From Balanoglossus misakiensis (lineage: Eukaryota; Animalia; Hemichordata): 64,000 nt of DNA. The position numbers were made by a program, and so were the translations under genes. Below are positions 1 through 14,122 of the stretch, piece after piece. The notes beneath the pieces are model-generated. The model did not search any database. It worked only from the letters and a program-made list of their open reading frames with translations, and was not told the origin of the DNA. Location of the stretch: the NCBI GenBank assembly GCA_040954595.2, contig CM082594.2, forward strand, positions 7,757,573 through 7,821,572, given 5' to 3'. How positions within the stretch are numbered: position 1 is the first letter of the stretch; each line of letters begins with the position of its first letter.

Positions 1-901
1 ATAGTCACAGCTCTCTTCCTAAAATGCTGCTGTGATTATCGCTCGATATACTGTTATTTGCAAATCAGCACGAAAAGGGGTGAAGCATAAGAGTGTAATA
101 TCAGAGACACAAGCAGAAACAAAAATAAACGGTTTATTTTTATCCATGATTTTACCAAGCATTGTTCCACAAGCAGAAGCAGCCAGGGGTTGGGGTATGC
201 TAGAGATGGCTGGGGTAAGCTAGAGATGGCTCTCACTGAAAATTATCACACTAAATATTTGACAGTATGTCACCCTTATTTTCTTCTGTGGTTTAATACA
301 TGCTGATTAAAGCTATGTATTGTGGGTGTGAGTGATCTAATTATACGCCACATTGCAGAGTGACCTGCATTCTAAACTATCTCCATTGGGAAGAAAATAC
401 ACCGCAAAATATTTACCAGTAACCGAGGGAAAAAAACGTTGCATTTGGTGCAGGAAAAGTGACAAAACTTATCTTGGAAAAAAAGTGTTATGTCCATTTC
501 TGTCAGATGATATGTACACCACATACAGGGCAGGTCTGATTGGATACAGTCCCACTGACCTGATGACAGATGCATTGTTTACCACTGAGAAGCTTACACA
601 ACAAAGTCATATGTGGGTGTGTGTATTCACCTTTTCTTCCAATCCCTTTTCACTCGGTACACTATACCAGAGTAGAGGATGTGGAAACGCAAATAAAATT
701 TGCGAAAAAGTGAATACATTCACCCAAGAATGACATTTATTTGAAAGTAATTATAATGGCGACAGTTCTAATCTATCGGAATGGCGATGTGTGTGATTTG
801 TAATGTTATTTGAACGTTGAATAAACCATTGATGTGATAAAAACAACGTTGACCACGGTTCTGCGTGGGTTCTGTCTATTTTTATACGTTAACAGACCTA
901 C

Positions 902-1135
902 CTGCAACCGCCCATCCAGCGTTCTCTGTATGCACACACACTTACTGGGATGCGCTCCATTTGTAGTAATAGCTGTTATCAAGCTATCGAGTTCATCGCG
1001 TTTCTCTTTCAGTTTTTTCACCAGGCTTTCGATCGCTCTTTTGGCGAAACTTTCCGACTCCCCGCCTTGCCTGTGACACATTAGACTGTGGACTATACTC
1101 AGGCAGGCATCGTTGCTGGTAACGGCGTTCGACAT
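902..1135 (-). CDS. SMAD4: SMAD4/Medea, first coding exon (N-terminal MH1 domain); the gene continues beyond the left edge of the window
   Basis: [78 protein letters not shown] closely matches the SMAD4 N-terminus. GT donor at 901-900 after RLQ; probable exon acceptor at 1317-1316. Confidence 0.95.
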
Positions 1136-3900
1136 GGTGAGTGGATCTGCTCTGCGTCGACTATGGGGGCACGGTAAAAATAAAGGTTGTGTGCCGTTTC
1201 CGAACACTCTTTTGGAATGGTTGTAACCAATTTACACACACACTGCTACACATCCATCCTTGATTGGGTGCGAATCTTCGAAAATACTCGCTCCCTCGGC
1301 AATCAATGCACTACCCTGCGAGTTTGGAAACACAACCAGAAATGTAGAAATTAGAGACATGAGTGTGACACCGAATGGTTGAGTTACGGGCATTTGAAAT
1401 TAGACAACAAAGAGGCCCCCGCGGATTTTACAAAATTGTAAACACATGAATTTGAAGCCCAGCGTACGGGGGTCGGCGAACATCAAAACAATCCCTTTCC
1501 GTCGACCTCACCCGGGTTTCTGTAGCTGTTAGCCAGCTGTGAGACTTACACAACCATAGTATTGCAAAATAACGCTAGAATGGTGTACCTGTTACCGCCT
1601 AAATGCTGGATATATGTGTCGGAATGTCCTAGTTCGAACCCTCAATGCAAAGACACAGTTGGAATGAAAAGGGTTTCACCGCGTGTCGCCGAATCGCCTA
1701 TCACTCCTCCAGACGTTCTCCGACGGACGATGCGTCGATTTCACCGGCGAAGATTTCCGTGGCGTTTACTTCAAATGACATACGAATCACCCCAGACAAA
1801 AGAAAATAACCCATTAAACTGGTATCCACCCTGCCAATCTTAATTTACGAACTTCAAGCAGGGTAATCGAGTTACAAATATCAACTTTCGTGCGATTTAC
1901 CTACGACTTCTTTAGCTGGCGCGACATAGCAAAACAATGGAATGCGCATGTGCCAATTCCACCTTATCCAATCGTATAGTGCGTTGTAACAAGTTTCGGA
2001 CCTATATCGGAATCGGGCCAATCAGAATTCGGTTAACTTGATCCATTTCCAGAGCAATGACGTTTGTAAAGGTCGACAGATAGGTGGGCGAACTGGATGT
2101 GAACTCTCCCCAGGATCAGGACACGAATATGTGTCATACACATTGACCTCGCGGAAGGGGGGAAGTCGGGACGTGTCATGAGTATGGCATGATGTCAAAT
2201 AGAATTGACCGGACATAACCAAGGCAGTACCCGGCCCACGGTCGTCAACTTATTTCAGCAGTACATGTAGTTGTGTGCGTGTACACATGTACATGATGTA
2301 CAATCAATCACTACGTGCCCTACGAGTACTCGTCGTAGAGCTATCACTACGTGTAGCTAGCGTTACCACAACAACCAGCAGACCACATGAATATGTGTTT
2401 TGGATATAGGATATTCTCGCTCATTTATGTGTGAGAGTGCACTGTGTATTTACTACTAGCCTGACTGTCAAGCACACATATGTAGCCTTGTAGGCACTTT
2501 ACACATTGTTTATGCCATGGTCAAATTTACTTTCTGTAGACCGATTGCTTTGCTTTGCGATTAAAATATATTCAAATAAACTCGGCGTGTATTTACTACA
2601 TCAACAATGACTATCCGATTTTTTAAAACTTGGGTAACACACTATTTTTTAGTACATGTACTATTATACTGTGTGGCACACGTACGAGGGCGTTGCAGCC
2701 TGGCCTGAAAAGTTCGTCGGTAGAGGTCGCCATAGTCCATAGCGCCTGGACATAGGGATCACTAAAATTGCAAATTTGAAGTTTAACGATTAGAAACTGC
2801 AAATTTCTCCTACTTTGAAAAAAGTATCTCCAGCAAGCTTCCAAAGACTGTGGTAGCGAATATGTAGATACAAGTACTTCAGTTAGACCACCCACCCACC
2901 CATACACACACACACACATCATAACCAAAGGACATGGCAAAATTATGTAGTAACTAAAAGTTTATTTGTGGTTGTGTTTAGGAAATTTCACTGAGGGAAC
3001 ATCTTTTGAACATATTGCTACTTTCTCCTCTATACATTTCACCAGTAAATACAACACTATTTGAAATACAATCTACTTTCGTACAAAAATCCTCTTAGGA
3101 CTCTACACCTAAACTTACTCAACATGACCCAGGCAAAGATACTGAAATCGTGTAAGATGATATAAATACAATGAAAATTTAAAACATGCATGCTTTAAAA
3201 TGTTGATACAAAAGATATTTACATACAAAAAAATGGTCTATGAACAATGAATTAAACCATTTCCAAAACATATTTCTGTTTATTACCTCATTCTTGGAGC
3301 TAAGCAAATTTATTTGCACTTTTAGAAAATGGACAAATGTGACACAATGGGGTTACTCGGGGCGCATGAAAGACATTCTTCAAGTATGTGAAACCTGTTA
3401 CGAATTTAACATCATGATTGCATGTATGTTCAAAATGCCCATACTGTACTGAGACAATTTTGAATTAAAAACTTGTTGGTACAACTCATGTCAGCTACAA
3501 ATCTTGTTAGCCATGTAAAAAGATGCAATAACTTCACTTTTTCAAACTGCATAATTTTCTCCCGTCTTCGTTTTATTTTTCAAGAGAAACTCTTATGACA
3601 TCATGCTCCATGTCCCCCATATCATTTAAGCAATCTCATGTCCATTTGCGATCCTAACACCACCCTCGACCTTCACAAAATCTCCAGTTTTAAAAGATGA
3701 ACCCATTTCTCAGCTAGAACTTGCATTGTATTGTAAGCACGACAGATTTAACACACAGCTGTCCATGAAAACCAGCAAACTTGCACCATAAACTGAATAA
3801 GCTATACTCAAACTGAAGGATTCTGTGGGTTTTAAGTATTACATGATTTAGAAATGATGTTGGGATCACAGTGTCACACTCGAGATTTCTCCCCCTCTCT

Positions 3901-6532
3901 CTAATCATCAGCCTCTGCCATATAAGCATCTAACTCGGCGTCCAGACTGCCTTTGGTCTTCGACATGTATTCCTCCAGCTGACTGTCGAGATCTTCTCTG
4001 GACATCGGCTTTCCTCCCGCACCACGGCCCCGCCCTCTCATGCCGCCGCCACGACCACGCCCTCGTCCACCTCTGCCAGCGCCACGACCACCAGCACGTC
4101 CTCGACCACGAAGGCCAAAACCACCAACACCTCCTCCACCGCGACCGCCACGGAATCCTCGCCCACGACCTCCTGAGAAAGAAAACACAACATTAATTAC
4201 CCCGAGACTAAATTGTCAAAGATTTGATTAAACATCATGTAATAACTGAATTTTCAAATCGCGTACATTGCATAAAGACTATTGTCTTCTATGACAATCA
4301 ACAGGCAGGGTCAAAACATTGGCTGCTACAAGCATTGATAAGTTTGTACTGGATCTAGTAATAGTAGCTACAATCCTAATGTATCCTGAACCAAAAATCA
4401 CCGACAGATTAGAATATCGGGGTGCACAGGTAAAATGTACGCGTGTTAATGCGACATGGATAAAAATAGGGTAATGTAACAACAGGAAGCGGAAAGATGA
4501 GGAAGGTGTTGTTGCAAGGTGATGAAGGCGTGCGGTCAGTTCAATGGCACCATTACAGTTTAGTATTTCCCCCAGAACAAGATGGCAACTAATGATATCG
4601 TGTCATTTCGTTCCGAGGAATACTACTGAACTGAAATTATGCCCATTCCAAAGCAAAAATATATGCATATTCCCAAGGTCAAACTACAGCAGCATTGGTT
4701 AGGTTCATTTCTTTTGGTTGGCATTTGGTTAGGTGTATAATGTTAAGCGAGGTGGAATTTGAAATTATCTGCCACTGAATTTGTATGTGTGACATTGAGT
4801 GCTAGGTGCAGCAGTGTTCCATATTAGCAGCGGCAATTTTTAAAGGAAAAGTAGCTGATCTGTTGTTGTTTTTTGCTTGCTTTGTTGTGTATAAGAAACT
4901 TGCACAACGATCATAATGTAAAAGTTGCAGCTACCACCCTTATAGCTAAACACCTCGAAACAATTCTGAACAACGCACCCCTTCCTTGCCCTTGCCCTTG
5001 TCCTCTTCCTCGCACCCCTCCACCCCCAAAGTAGCCACGTCCTCCTCCCCTACCTAAACCCCCTCTTCCACCACGAGCCCCTCGCTGCAAACTACCCCGC
5101 CGGAGACCTCTTCCTCGCATGCCACCACCTCTGGGCGAGACCATTCCTCTCGGTGAACCAAGCCGTCCCCTGATGTTGCTCCTTCCTAGCCTCTGTTGTA
5201 GATTCCTCTGAAATATAAAAGATTTAACATCTGTTAAACATCTTCCCAAGTACAGTTTGTTTGCAGATTGTGAACAGATGGCAGAATTTCAGGACTTGCT
5301 ACAAAATAAAACTATGACACTAAATTTCTTAAAATGGATGGAATGAGTATTACGCATCCGTCAAAGATTTATACCTGTTTGACCCTGAGGGCTGCAGCTA
5401 CTGTTGGTCTGTTCTCCATCTGTTGTGCTAGTCTCCTATTCTTGGCAGATGCAAAAGCCTGCTGTTGCATCATTGCTGTTCTCTGCTGGGGTGTCATCTG
5501 TGGCCTCTGCTTGCTCAGTTTTGTAAATCTTTCGGTTGAACATGAAGGAAAGGCGAGGGGTACAATTGATTGTCAACAAATCACTGAGAGGGCTTTTTCA
5601 TCTGTTTCTGTGGTTCAGTTCACATGATAACATCACAGTACACAAAACCAGCTTGGCTCGTACATCGCTTGCGACAACGCAAGCTTGTGGAATGGTGATG
5701 GGGATCGGGAAAGGATTGGAGCACAGGAAAATATGACTGACAAATATTGGTGACAAAGGGTATGTTGTCACAGTGGAAGTATGCAGAGAATGAACGGAGA
5801 AATCAATATGGAGTAGAACAGAGTCAAAGGAGAGATTTGGAAGGCAGACAAGCAAGTGAAAACATGAAGAGATGATCAGATAAACGACAAAAATCAATGA
5901 CATGTGCCAAGCTTTTCAAGAAGATATACCACGGGTTCCCATTGCCTCTTACCAAGTATACACAAATACTGTGGACAGAAAAAGGGAACTTGTAAATTGG
6001 CGACTCATTTGCCACTTACTGCTGCAGTCATGCTCTGATGCACACCACAGATGGACAACATGTAGTCAACCAGAATCTGGACAGACCCTCTCAATTGTAT
6101 TACATGTAAACACAGTGCACAATACAAATATGATACCAACAAGTCGCAACTTGTGATAAATTTCTGGTACTTTCACCAAATAATTCATGGCGACAAAATC
6201 CGTCACCAGTCTGGTATTTCATAAACAACATCAAATTGTACAGGTTACGTCCCGTTCCTGAGCCAGGCAAAGCCACTTCAATACACAGCTTGCCATTGCT
6301 CAAGTCAGAACCTGCATTCCAGGGGCTGGGTTTATGGCTGCGCATCCATGGCAACATACATGCCCCTCCCTGTACATTTCTAACATTCTTGATTTTTTGG
6401 GTTCAATTATAATTATTGCAACACCCCTCACCGGTCATTCAGAGACACTTTTGTTGTGCTTTTGAGCACAATTTTTGGTGTGGATTGCTGACTAGTTGCA
6501 ACTGGAGCTCCTACGTGTCTTGTTAGTGCCAT
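3901..6532 (-). CDS. CHTOP: Chromatin target of PRMT1 (CHTOP/FOP); coding exons 6532-6432, 5528-5375, 5207-4979, 4172-3901
   Basis: [16 protein letters not shown]|[24 protein letters not shown], an RGG-rich middle and C-terminal [24 protein letters not shown] are CHTOP hallmarks. Intron phases are consistent. AATAAA (minus) at 2961-2966; probable non-coding first exon with a GTAAGT donor near 7348. Confidence 0.92.
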
Positions 6533-7348
6533 GGTCTTATTGGGTTGAGTCACACAGTGACTATACGTTTTTGTCTGTAATAAAAACGTTTAAAATACGT
6601 ATTAAGCATTTATAAACTATACAGTAGACATTCTTCAGCATGTTCACAGGTGCAATAAAACACAGAAGCATTGAAAAATTAATGCCCTGGTTCTAAACAA
6701 ACGCCTGATAATAAATATTCAGTCTAGTTGTCACTTTCGTTTTTAGCAAATTTCGTCAAAGCGATTGCTAAGGTTTATCCAATCCATTGTACAAGAGTAA
6801 GAGTGGAACAATTTTGCCTAAAAGAGCTCTATAAACATGTAGCTGGAAATCTGTTCTTGTAAATAAAATGTTGCAGAAATATTCGTTATTTCTGGCGCAA
6901 TATCTACAACAACTGAATGACTCAGGATATATTGATCTTCGATTCGACCTTGAAAAAAAATACTTAAATATTGAGTAAATGGTGAGGAATCGCCATTAGA
7001 TTTAAAACAAGTAAGTGATAAACACAAAATCTACATTCTAGTACCTGGATAATACGTCTGCAAAGTTAGATGAATGGTGATTTCGCGGATATTTGAGGAT
7101 GTTTTTGCGATGGAATTCCGGCTTGGTAGAACGATATCAACACCAGCTTTCAGAATGACTGCTTCTCCGAACGCGGTCGTTGAGGGCAGAAGGCTCGTTC
7201 GTAAGAACCGGAATAAACCAAAACTTGTTATTTTGTCGTTAATTATTACATTCTTTATTAGTAAACACGGCACACATACGTTTATTTTTGAAGCATTTAC
7301 TGATTGGGATAATTTCCTCTTGACTAGTTCGACAGTAAAGTTCACTTA

Positions 7349-7640
7349 CTCGCTCAAGTTTCATAACGTGTGGAACGAGACTAGCCCGGCAAACATGGCG
7401 GCGAAATATGCACCTTTGTAAACACAAACTAGACGAGTCAATCTTTGATGTCAGTCTGTTGTCAAAACGGACCTTCAAACCCAAGCTTTCGTGAAGAAAA
7501 CGATAGCTAGAATCCAAACTCATCGGTGAAGTATCTAGCATTTTAGTCGTCTGTAGTTAAAGATCAGTCACCTTGCCTGGGGTGCACTGCACTGGTGGTA
7601 GATTTCTCTTGCCACAGTTGACGCTGTCAGTTATCTAAAA
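7349..7640. promoter_or_regulatory. Head-to-head (bidirectional) promoter region of CHTOP and VPS72
   Basis: The divergent gene starts are under 300 bp apart; YY1-type motif AAACATGGCGGC near 7391-7402. Confidence 0.55.
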
Positions 7641-9324
7641 ATGAGTGGCGAAGCAGGACTTGCTGTGGGGAGAGAACGTCGTGGTAATGCGGGCAACCGC
7701 ATGTCCAAAATGCTACAAGAAGAGCAGGATGAGGAAGACGATTTTTACAAGACGACATACGGCGGGTTTGATGAGGTAAACATAAGTAAGGGGTAGTTCA
7801 ATTGTTTTGAGGGAGGGGGTATAAATGTTGTGCAGTTGATAATATTGTCACCTTCTGTTTAGCAGGTGGCCCTTGTATTTTAGTTTTATTTCATACCCGA
7901 CTGAGGAACTCCATTGTCTTTCTCCCATCCTTAGGAATCAGGAGATGATGAGTACGAAAGCGATGAAGATGACAGTGAAGACATGGTGGACTCTGATTTC
8001 AGTGCATCTGAAGACGACGAACCAATCAGCGATAATGAAGCTGACCAAAAACCCCAGAGGAAAATGAGGGTTGTCACCAAATCTTACAAAGTATGAAAAA
8101 TATATTTAAATTTACCATCATTCCCCTGGGATGTATACCTATAAGATCACACTTCACTTGTTAATTTAGAAATATTCTAATTTGTCTCAATGCTTGTGTT
8201 AACAGGAGCCCAAGAAGGTAGCGAAGCCAGCAGCTGCAAAAAAAAACAGTGATGCTAAAGCAAAGCCAGCGACAGCTGCACCAGTGGGGGCATCAGCTGA
8301 ACCACAGTCAAAAGAGATTTCATGTATGAGTAAAAACAATACAGCTAAGACTCGTACAGAACTAAAGAAACCCAATCACATCTAAATTTAGGTGACTGTG
8401 TAAGGAATTTAAAACAAATCAATTTTTCTCTTACAGTGAGGAAATCTACCCGCCAGAGGACACAGGAAGCATCTTTAAGACAGAAGGAAAGAGATGAGAG
8501 GAGCAAGAAATTAAAAGAAATGCAGGCAAGCCGCAGACAACCAGAGATGAGGAGATTGACCCAAGAAGAGCTGCTTGCGGAAGCTAAGATAACTGAGGAG
8601 CTGAATTTAGCGTCTCTTCGTAAGTTTGACATTTATCACAGTGTGTGACAATAATGCTGATGTTTGTAATCAGAAATATGCATGCAAATGATGGATCAAA
8701 AATACTAAATACACATTTATTTTGTTACAGGGGCATACGAGATGTTAGAACTGGAAAAGAAGAGAAGTAAGATGCAGAAGAAAGCATACAACGGCCCAAT
8801 CATCCGATACCATTCCATGACTATGCCACTTATTGAGGAGTTGTCAGATGCAACCAGTGGTGGTGCTACAGATCAGATTAATGTTGATGCTGTTAGGTAA
8901 TTAGGTCATATTTTACAGAAGTCTCTTGTGCTGAAATTGTAGGTCTTTAGAATCAGATCATTTCTTCATTTCATCATCACCCACTGTTTTGTGTTTCCCC
9001 CCGAACAGTGAAGTTGAAAAACCAAAACCATCGCAAAAGAAGTGCTCCAGGAACTTCATCACCTACACAGACGAAGAAGTGTTCGCCAAACACTTCCCCA
9101 AGATCAAGAAAAAGCACCCAGTGAGACCGTACTGCCCAGTTACCAGACTGCCCGCCAAATACATGGACCCTATCACCAGTATTCCCTACTCCACAGCGCA
9201 GGCCTTCAAGTGTATTCGCGACACCTACGTACAGGAACAGGAACTCAAATGTGATAAGAGACTGTCGGAACTGAACTCATGGCTCGAACAAAAGAAGAAA
9301 CTCAAACTTTCGACACAGAATTGA
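7641..9324 (+). CDS. VPS72: VPS72/YL1 H2A.Z chaperone; exons 7641-7775, 7935-8090, 8206-8323, 8437-8619, 8731-8896, 9009-9324
   Basis: RERRGNAGNRMSKML, DDFYKTTYGGF, LTQEELLAEAKITEELN, GPIIRYHS and YL1_C motif CPVTRLPAKYMDPITSIPY; GT-AG introns in phase. Confidence 0.95.
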
Positions 9325-10314
9325 TATATTTTCGGTGTTCTTTTGACCCGGACTTAATTAGTAAATTAAAGTTTCGTACTGGTTTTGCAAAATGTTTGTG
9401 TTGTGCATGTTTTTGTTAAGTGAGAAGTTTGGTACATTGTGTGAATCAATAAATAGGTGTACTGAAGATTCAAGAAAGATATAAATACATGTATGATGCA
9501 AGTGATAAAACGGTACAACTTACCCCATACACCCTGAACTGGTCCCCAGTGTAGTGCCACACGAGAAAGCGCCCTCACACATGTAAAATCATTAAAATTG
9601 TGGAGTTTCTTTGAAATCCTACCCGAAAAGCGAGTACAATATTCAACAGTATAGGTAGGTTTTATTCATAAATTTATGTCAATGAAATCGTTGCATCAGA
9701 AATGCTAAATGTACACAAAACCGCAGATCACTTTTTGGAAAAAATATATACAATAGGCACATTTCATTACTGGTAATCAGAAATATCTATTCTGACAGTA
9801 CTTAATGCAGGACTGTGTGAGCATCCTACATTGTGAAGTCAATTCTTAACATGAAATCCTTGCAAACAATTTTATAACAGAAGTTAACAAAAATAGAAAA
9901 AAAGAAAACACTAATTTGTATCAATATAAGCTTGGGCAGTGTTGGAATATCCTCCCAGCTACAGAAAAACCATGATTTGACATTAAATCCTTCAAATTTC
10001 TTTTTATTCCTATGAAAACTTTAACATCTTATTTTTTTACAAGTTGATGCATGCTTCGTTTGCACCAAAGTTTCACTTCAAAACAGTCTGTAAACTTTGA
10101 TTTGCATATTCACATATCTCATAGGCATCCCCCACACACCTACATGTAGGTGGTTTCCAACAGAGTGTGAAAAGTAAAAGACACAGCCTGTTTCGATTTC
10201 ATGTCCCTGTGCATTTCCAGAGCAGAAATCTGGACAGATATGTACAAGATGGCAGAGATGTGTGTCTCTGTGTTTTTAAATGGTTTAGGATAATCCTTGC
10301 TGTTCCTAGCTGTG

Positions 10315-13264
10315 TTAATATTCATCATGTATGTCTCGCTGTCTTGCTGTGAATTTCCTCTTGAAGCTGTCGTCAAATAATTCCAAGTCTTTGTCATCGC
10401 GAATGACACCCTGTGGAAAAACGGAACAAACCACCACTAAGATTCAAGAAACTTTTTTCTCCTGTAATCTCAAATTATAGAAAGTAGAAAAAAATACTAG
10501 TCTACACTCAAATAGGAATGCAAGTATACACTTCTTTTGGTGACCAAACACCTCCTTGACTCCAGGGATCTCTGCTTACCTTTGGTAGATATCCCAGCAA
10601 TTGAGTTGCGTGTTCCTTGATAAGTTTCTGTCTCTCCTCCTCAATAATTTGCCTGCGCATCCTCTCAAGATCTTCCTCGTATCGGCGCTGATCCAACTCC
10701 GTCTGTTTGTCGGCGGCAAACTGGGCCCTCCTGTCTTCCAGCAGTTTCTCTACCGCCCTCTTGTGTTCTTGCTGTTTCATGCGCCGCTTCTGGGCGTTCA
10801 TCTGTTCTATGCGGTCGTCCTCCGCAAACTTAGCCAACATCTGATCAAAGGGCAAATTTTCAACATGGAGCAATCAGTACATCACTTTTTGCAAGTTTAC
10901 ATTAATAGGCTCTGGGACTCAACAATAAACTTGGAATAAAAACATTTGGGAGATGAAATTGTCAAACACATTATGCTCTTTTATTGTGTAATGATGACAA
11001 AAATACCTTAAGATATTTCAAATCATCACACTCACTTCAAAGCACCAAGAAATGTAAAACTGAAGTCTGAATGGCAAAACTGACCTGTTGTCTAAACTCT
11101 TCTTCTTCTTGCATTTCGGCTTGTCTGCGCATCTCTTTGAGTTGCAGCTGTTCAGCGTGGGTTCTCTGCAACTCCAACCTCTGCCGGATGCGTCTCTCAA
11201 TCTCCGCCTTCTCCCGCTGGCGCTCGGCCTCTTCCTGCTCCTCGATGTACAGCTCATTCCGGATGCGGTCCATCTCTTCCTGGAAGGCTTTCTCCTTCGC
11301 AATTTTCTCACTCAGCTGTGAAGGGAGGGAGGAGAGAAAATTTCAATAAGGGAAGAAATCACGACTATCTTTGCTTTGTGTTTACTGTACCAAGCATGCT
11401 GAGTCATCGCTGTCTTACAGAGCGTCAGTAAATGTGTTAAAAATCACACCAACAAATAAACCCATTATTTCACATTTGACCAAACTCCACAACATGTCAG
11501 TAAGTCAAGAATTTCATACTTGCAAATATTTGATCATTTTGGGGCGAAAAGTAACTTCAGAAACAATGATGATATCACTTACCGCGTCCTGTACTTTAGA
11601 CATAGCCTCTTCTCGCGCTCTCTTCTCCTCCATACGCCCTTCCTCTCTCTGCTGTTGAATGGTGGCAAACTCCAGGATTTTGCGATTTTCCTCTTCCAGT
11701 GTCTCTTTTTCCCGTTTCTTCCATTCTTCCCGGGCTGTCTTGAACTCTTCGATGTATCTCTGAGTTGCCACCTGCTTCTCTCGCTCTCTCTCACGTTCCC
11801 TGTCATTCAATCATAAAATGAGATTTACTAAGTGGTTTTCCCTGCATACCATATTGATTTTTGACATGAAATTTTAAACAGCAAACAGAAAATAGCAAAC
11901 CCATAAAGAAAGAGGTTGACTATTGAAATGACACAGAACTTTCCATTATGAATAATTCAACCGGAAATTATACCAGGGTTTTCACAGGAAATTGCATTTA
12001 TCATTTGTATAACTAGGTCCAAACATACACCTGTTGTAACAAGGGTTGCACCTATCCCTGTCAGCTGCATTCACAGTTCTAGGGCAGTCACCCCCTGGTC
12101 ATTTACCCCAAGGGGGAAGTAAACCAAGCATCAGAATCAGAATAACTTTCTAAATTCGCCCAAACTGATTCTGATTCGGGTAAATTCTCACCTTTCATCT
12201 TCTTCATAAATCTTCCGGACAATCTCATCTATCATGAGTTTCTCCTTGAGGAATTCTTCGTACGCTTCTTGTTTCTTTTTTTCCTGCATTTCTAACTGAC
12301 TCTCCAGTTCTTGCTGGTACCGCACGCTTTCTTGCCATCTCTCTAAGTCTTTCTTGCGTTCCTCCTCTGCCGCTCTCTCTGATTCTTCCTTCATCATGCG
12401 CGATATCTCAGAATCACGGGCCTACACACAACAAAATGAATTGTTTTATCCTAGTTGAATTTTACGCAAATCACCAAAAACTGTTCTACTGTTTCTGAGG
12501 CAGTGAATGAAAGCAGTTTGAGCATATACTTATTGGAACACAAAATTACTTACTGTTTTTTCATATTCAATAGCTTTTTTCTCGGCCATCTGGGCAGCTC
12601 TCTCTTTGGCCATGTACCCGGCTTTGAGTTTTGCTTCTAATTCCCTAAGTTCAATGCTATTTTCTCTAATCTGTTGTCTCATTTTTTCATCCCGTAGTGA
12701 GTCGAGTTTGAGTCTTTCTAACTCTCTGGCAAGGGCCTCCTCTTGCTGTTGTTCTAATTCACGCTGCCTTCTGATCTGTTCTGACTGTAACAGAAAGGAA
12801 TTATCAATTAATATTAATCTTTGTAACACCAATGTCCATTACCAAGGATGACTTGGGTTGTATCATTGTACACCTTACCCTCTCATCCACTCCCCTCCCA
12901 ATTTTCCTGTACATGTATACGAAGAGTCCAGCTGAACCCCATAACAACATGGGTTGACGGAAAACTATGTCATCGAACAGGTTCCACCCCCAACACCTAC
13001 CCTCAGCATGGCTTCTTCCATTTCTCGTTCCTGCTGTTCCGCCTGCATGCGCCGGAGAAATCTCTTTGTTTCCACCCTTTCATCACTAGCCATGTTGGCT
13101 TCCAGCATCTTCTCATTGCTGAGCTGTTTCAGATTGTCCTCCCTGGCAATCTCTCGACGACGGCTTTCAGCCAGCATCTTCTGCTGCTGAGTATGCGTCA
13201 GGGTTCGCCGCACTGTGGCCTGTTAAGACATTTGTTGAATATTATTATTTTTGCATATTTATTT

Positions 13265-13297
<33 letters not shown>

Positions 13298-13690
13298 AGT
13301 CTAACACTACATAGAGGAACCACAGTATTCAATATGGAGGATGCAATATGGCCATGTACAAATGTCAACCTGCATGACCTATCACTTGTTGGACCTGTCT
13401 GAACTCGTCCAACACATGCCTTTTACATAAATTAGAGATTTAGCAGCCGCTTGACAAGTCGAAGTTTGGTGATACTCCGCAGAATATGACAGAAGCGACG
13501 AAACTGACACTTTGCTATGATTGGATTTGCCATGGTGTAAGTAATGGACGACATTGCAATATTGACATACACCCGCCGGATACCGACAGGCGACACTATG
13601 ATAAAGCTGCTATTTTGGTGACAGTAACGTCCAGTGTACATGTTGTTATACGGGAAAAACAATCGACGTTTAAGATCTGGTACTCACCAT
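10315..13690 (-). CDS. MNS1: Meiosis-specific nuclear structural protein 1 (coiled-coil ciliary protein); ATG at the end of exon 1 (13690-13688), next exon 13219-13001, last exon 10410-10315
   Basis: RQQIRENSIELRELEAKLKAGYM, EEFLKEKLMIDEIVRKIYEED, MLAKFAEDDRIEQMNAQKRRMKQQEHKRAVEKLLE and LLGYLPK|GVI are MNS1 signature segments. Confidence 0.93.
13265..13297. repeat. (GTT)n microsatellite in MNS1 intron 1
   Basis: Directly visible. Confidence 0.9.
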
Positions 13691-14122
13691 TATTACAAAA
13701 TAAAAGGTATAATTTAAAACAACTGGTGTAAGCCTGTAATCTCTAGGCGCATCAACCCGATAGACAGTTCCTTACGCTGGCTTCTGAAACTGTTATGGTG
13801 GGGTTCGTAACCAGGAGAACCGACCTCGCTTTCAAAACATACGTATTTCTGACACACCCACTGATTGGCTAAAGTAGCTCTGCCTGCTGTAGATATAAGG
13901 GTGCATTTGATTGGTTTGTATTGAAGATATTTCATTCACCAATTTTCGACGTAAAATACGTAGCATTTTTACTAAAACCTTACTGCCTTGGTAATAATAG
14001 GCTACAAAATATTTTTTTAACGTAACATTTAACATTAATCTGCCATAAATTAACGATACAAACTCAAACTACTCGGAAGTCACTGTTCACGTTTATTCTC
14101 GCGAGAGAAAGTGTATTTCAAC
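13691..14122. promoter_or_regulatory. Bidirectional promoter region of MNS1 and PSMB4
   Basis: Divergent ATGs about 430 bp apart; reverse CCAAT boxes (GATTGG) near 13863 and 13909; ETS-like CGGAAGT near 14074. Confidence 0.55.

Noticed and set aside
4040-4231. Pro/Arg-rich plus-strand ORF
   Set aside because: It is the antisense shadow of the CHTOP RGG exon.
4173-4978. Possible intronic snoRNA in the long last CHTOP intron
   Set aside because: No sense-strand C/D box pair with a terminal stem or clear H/ACA layout was seen.
6100-6357. ORF with MRSHKPSPW, superficially like the MRPS21 C-terminus
   Set aside because: No other MRPS21 motifs are present, and it lies within CHTOP intron 2.
13790-13832. 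GGTTCG-like B-box suggesting a tRNA or SINE
   Set aside because: No cloverleaf or A-box could be assembled.
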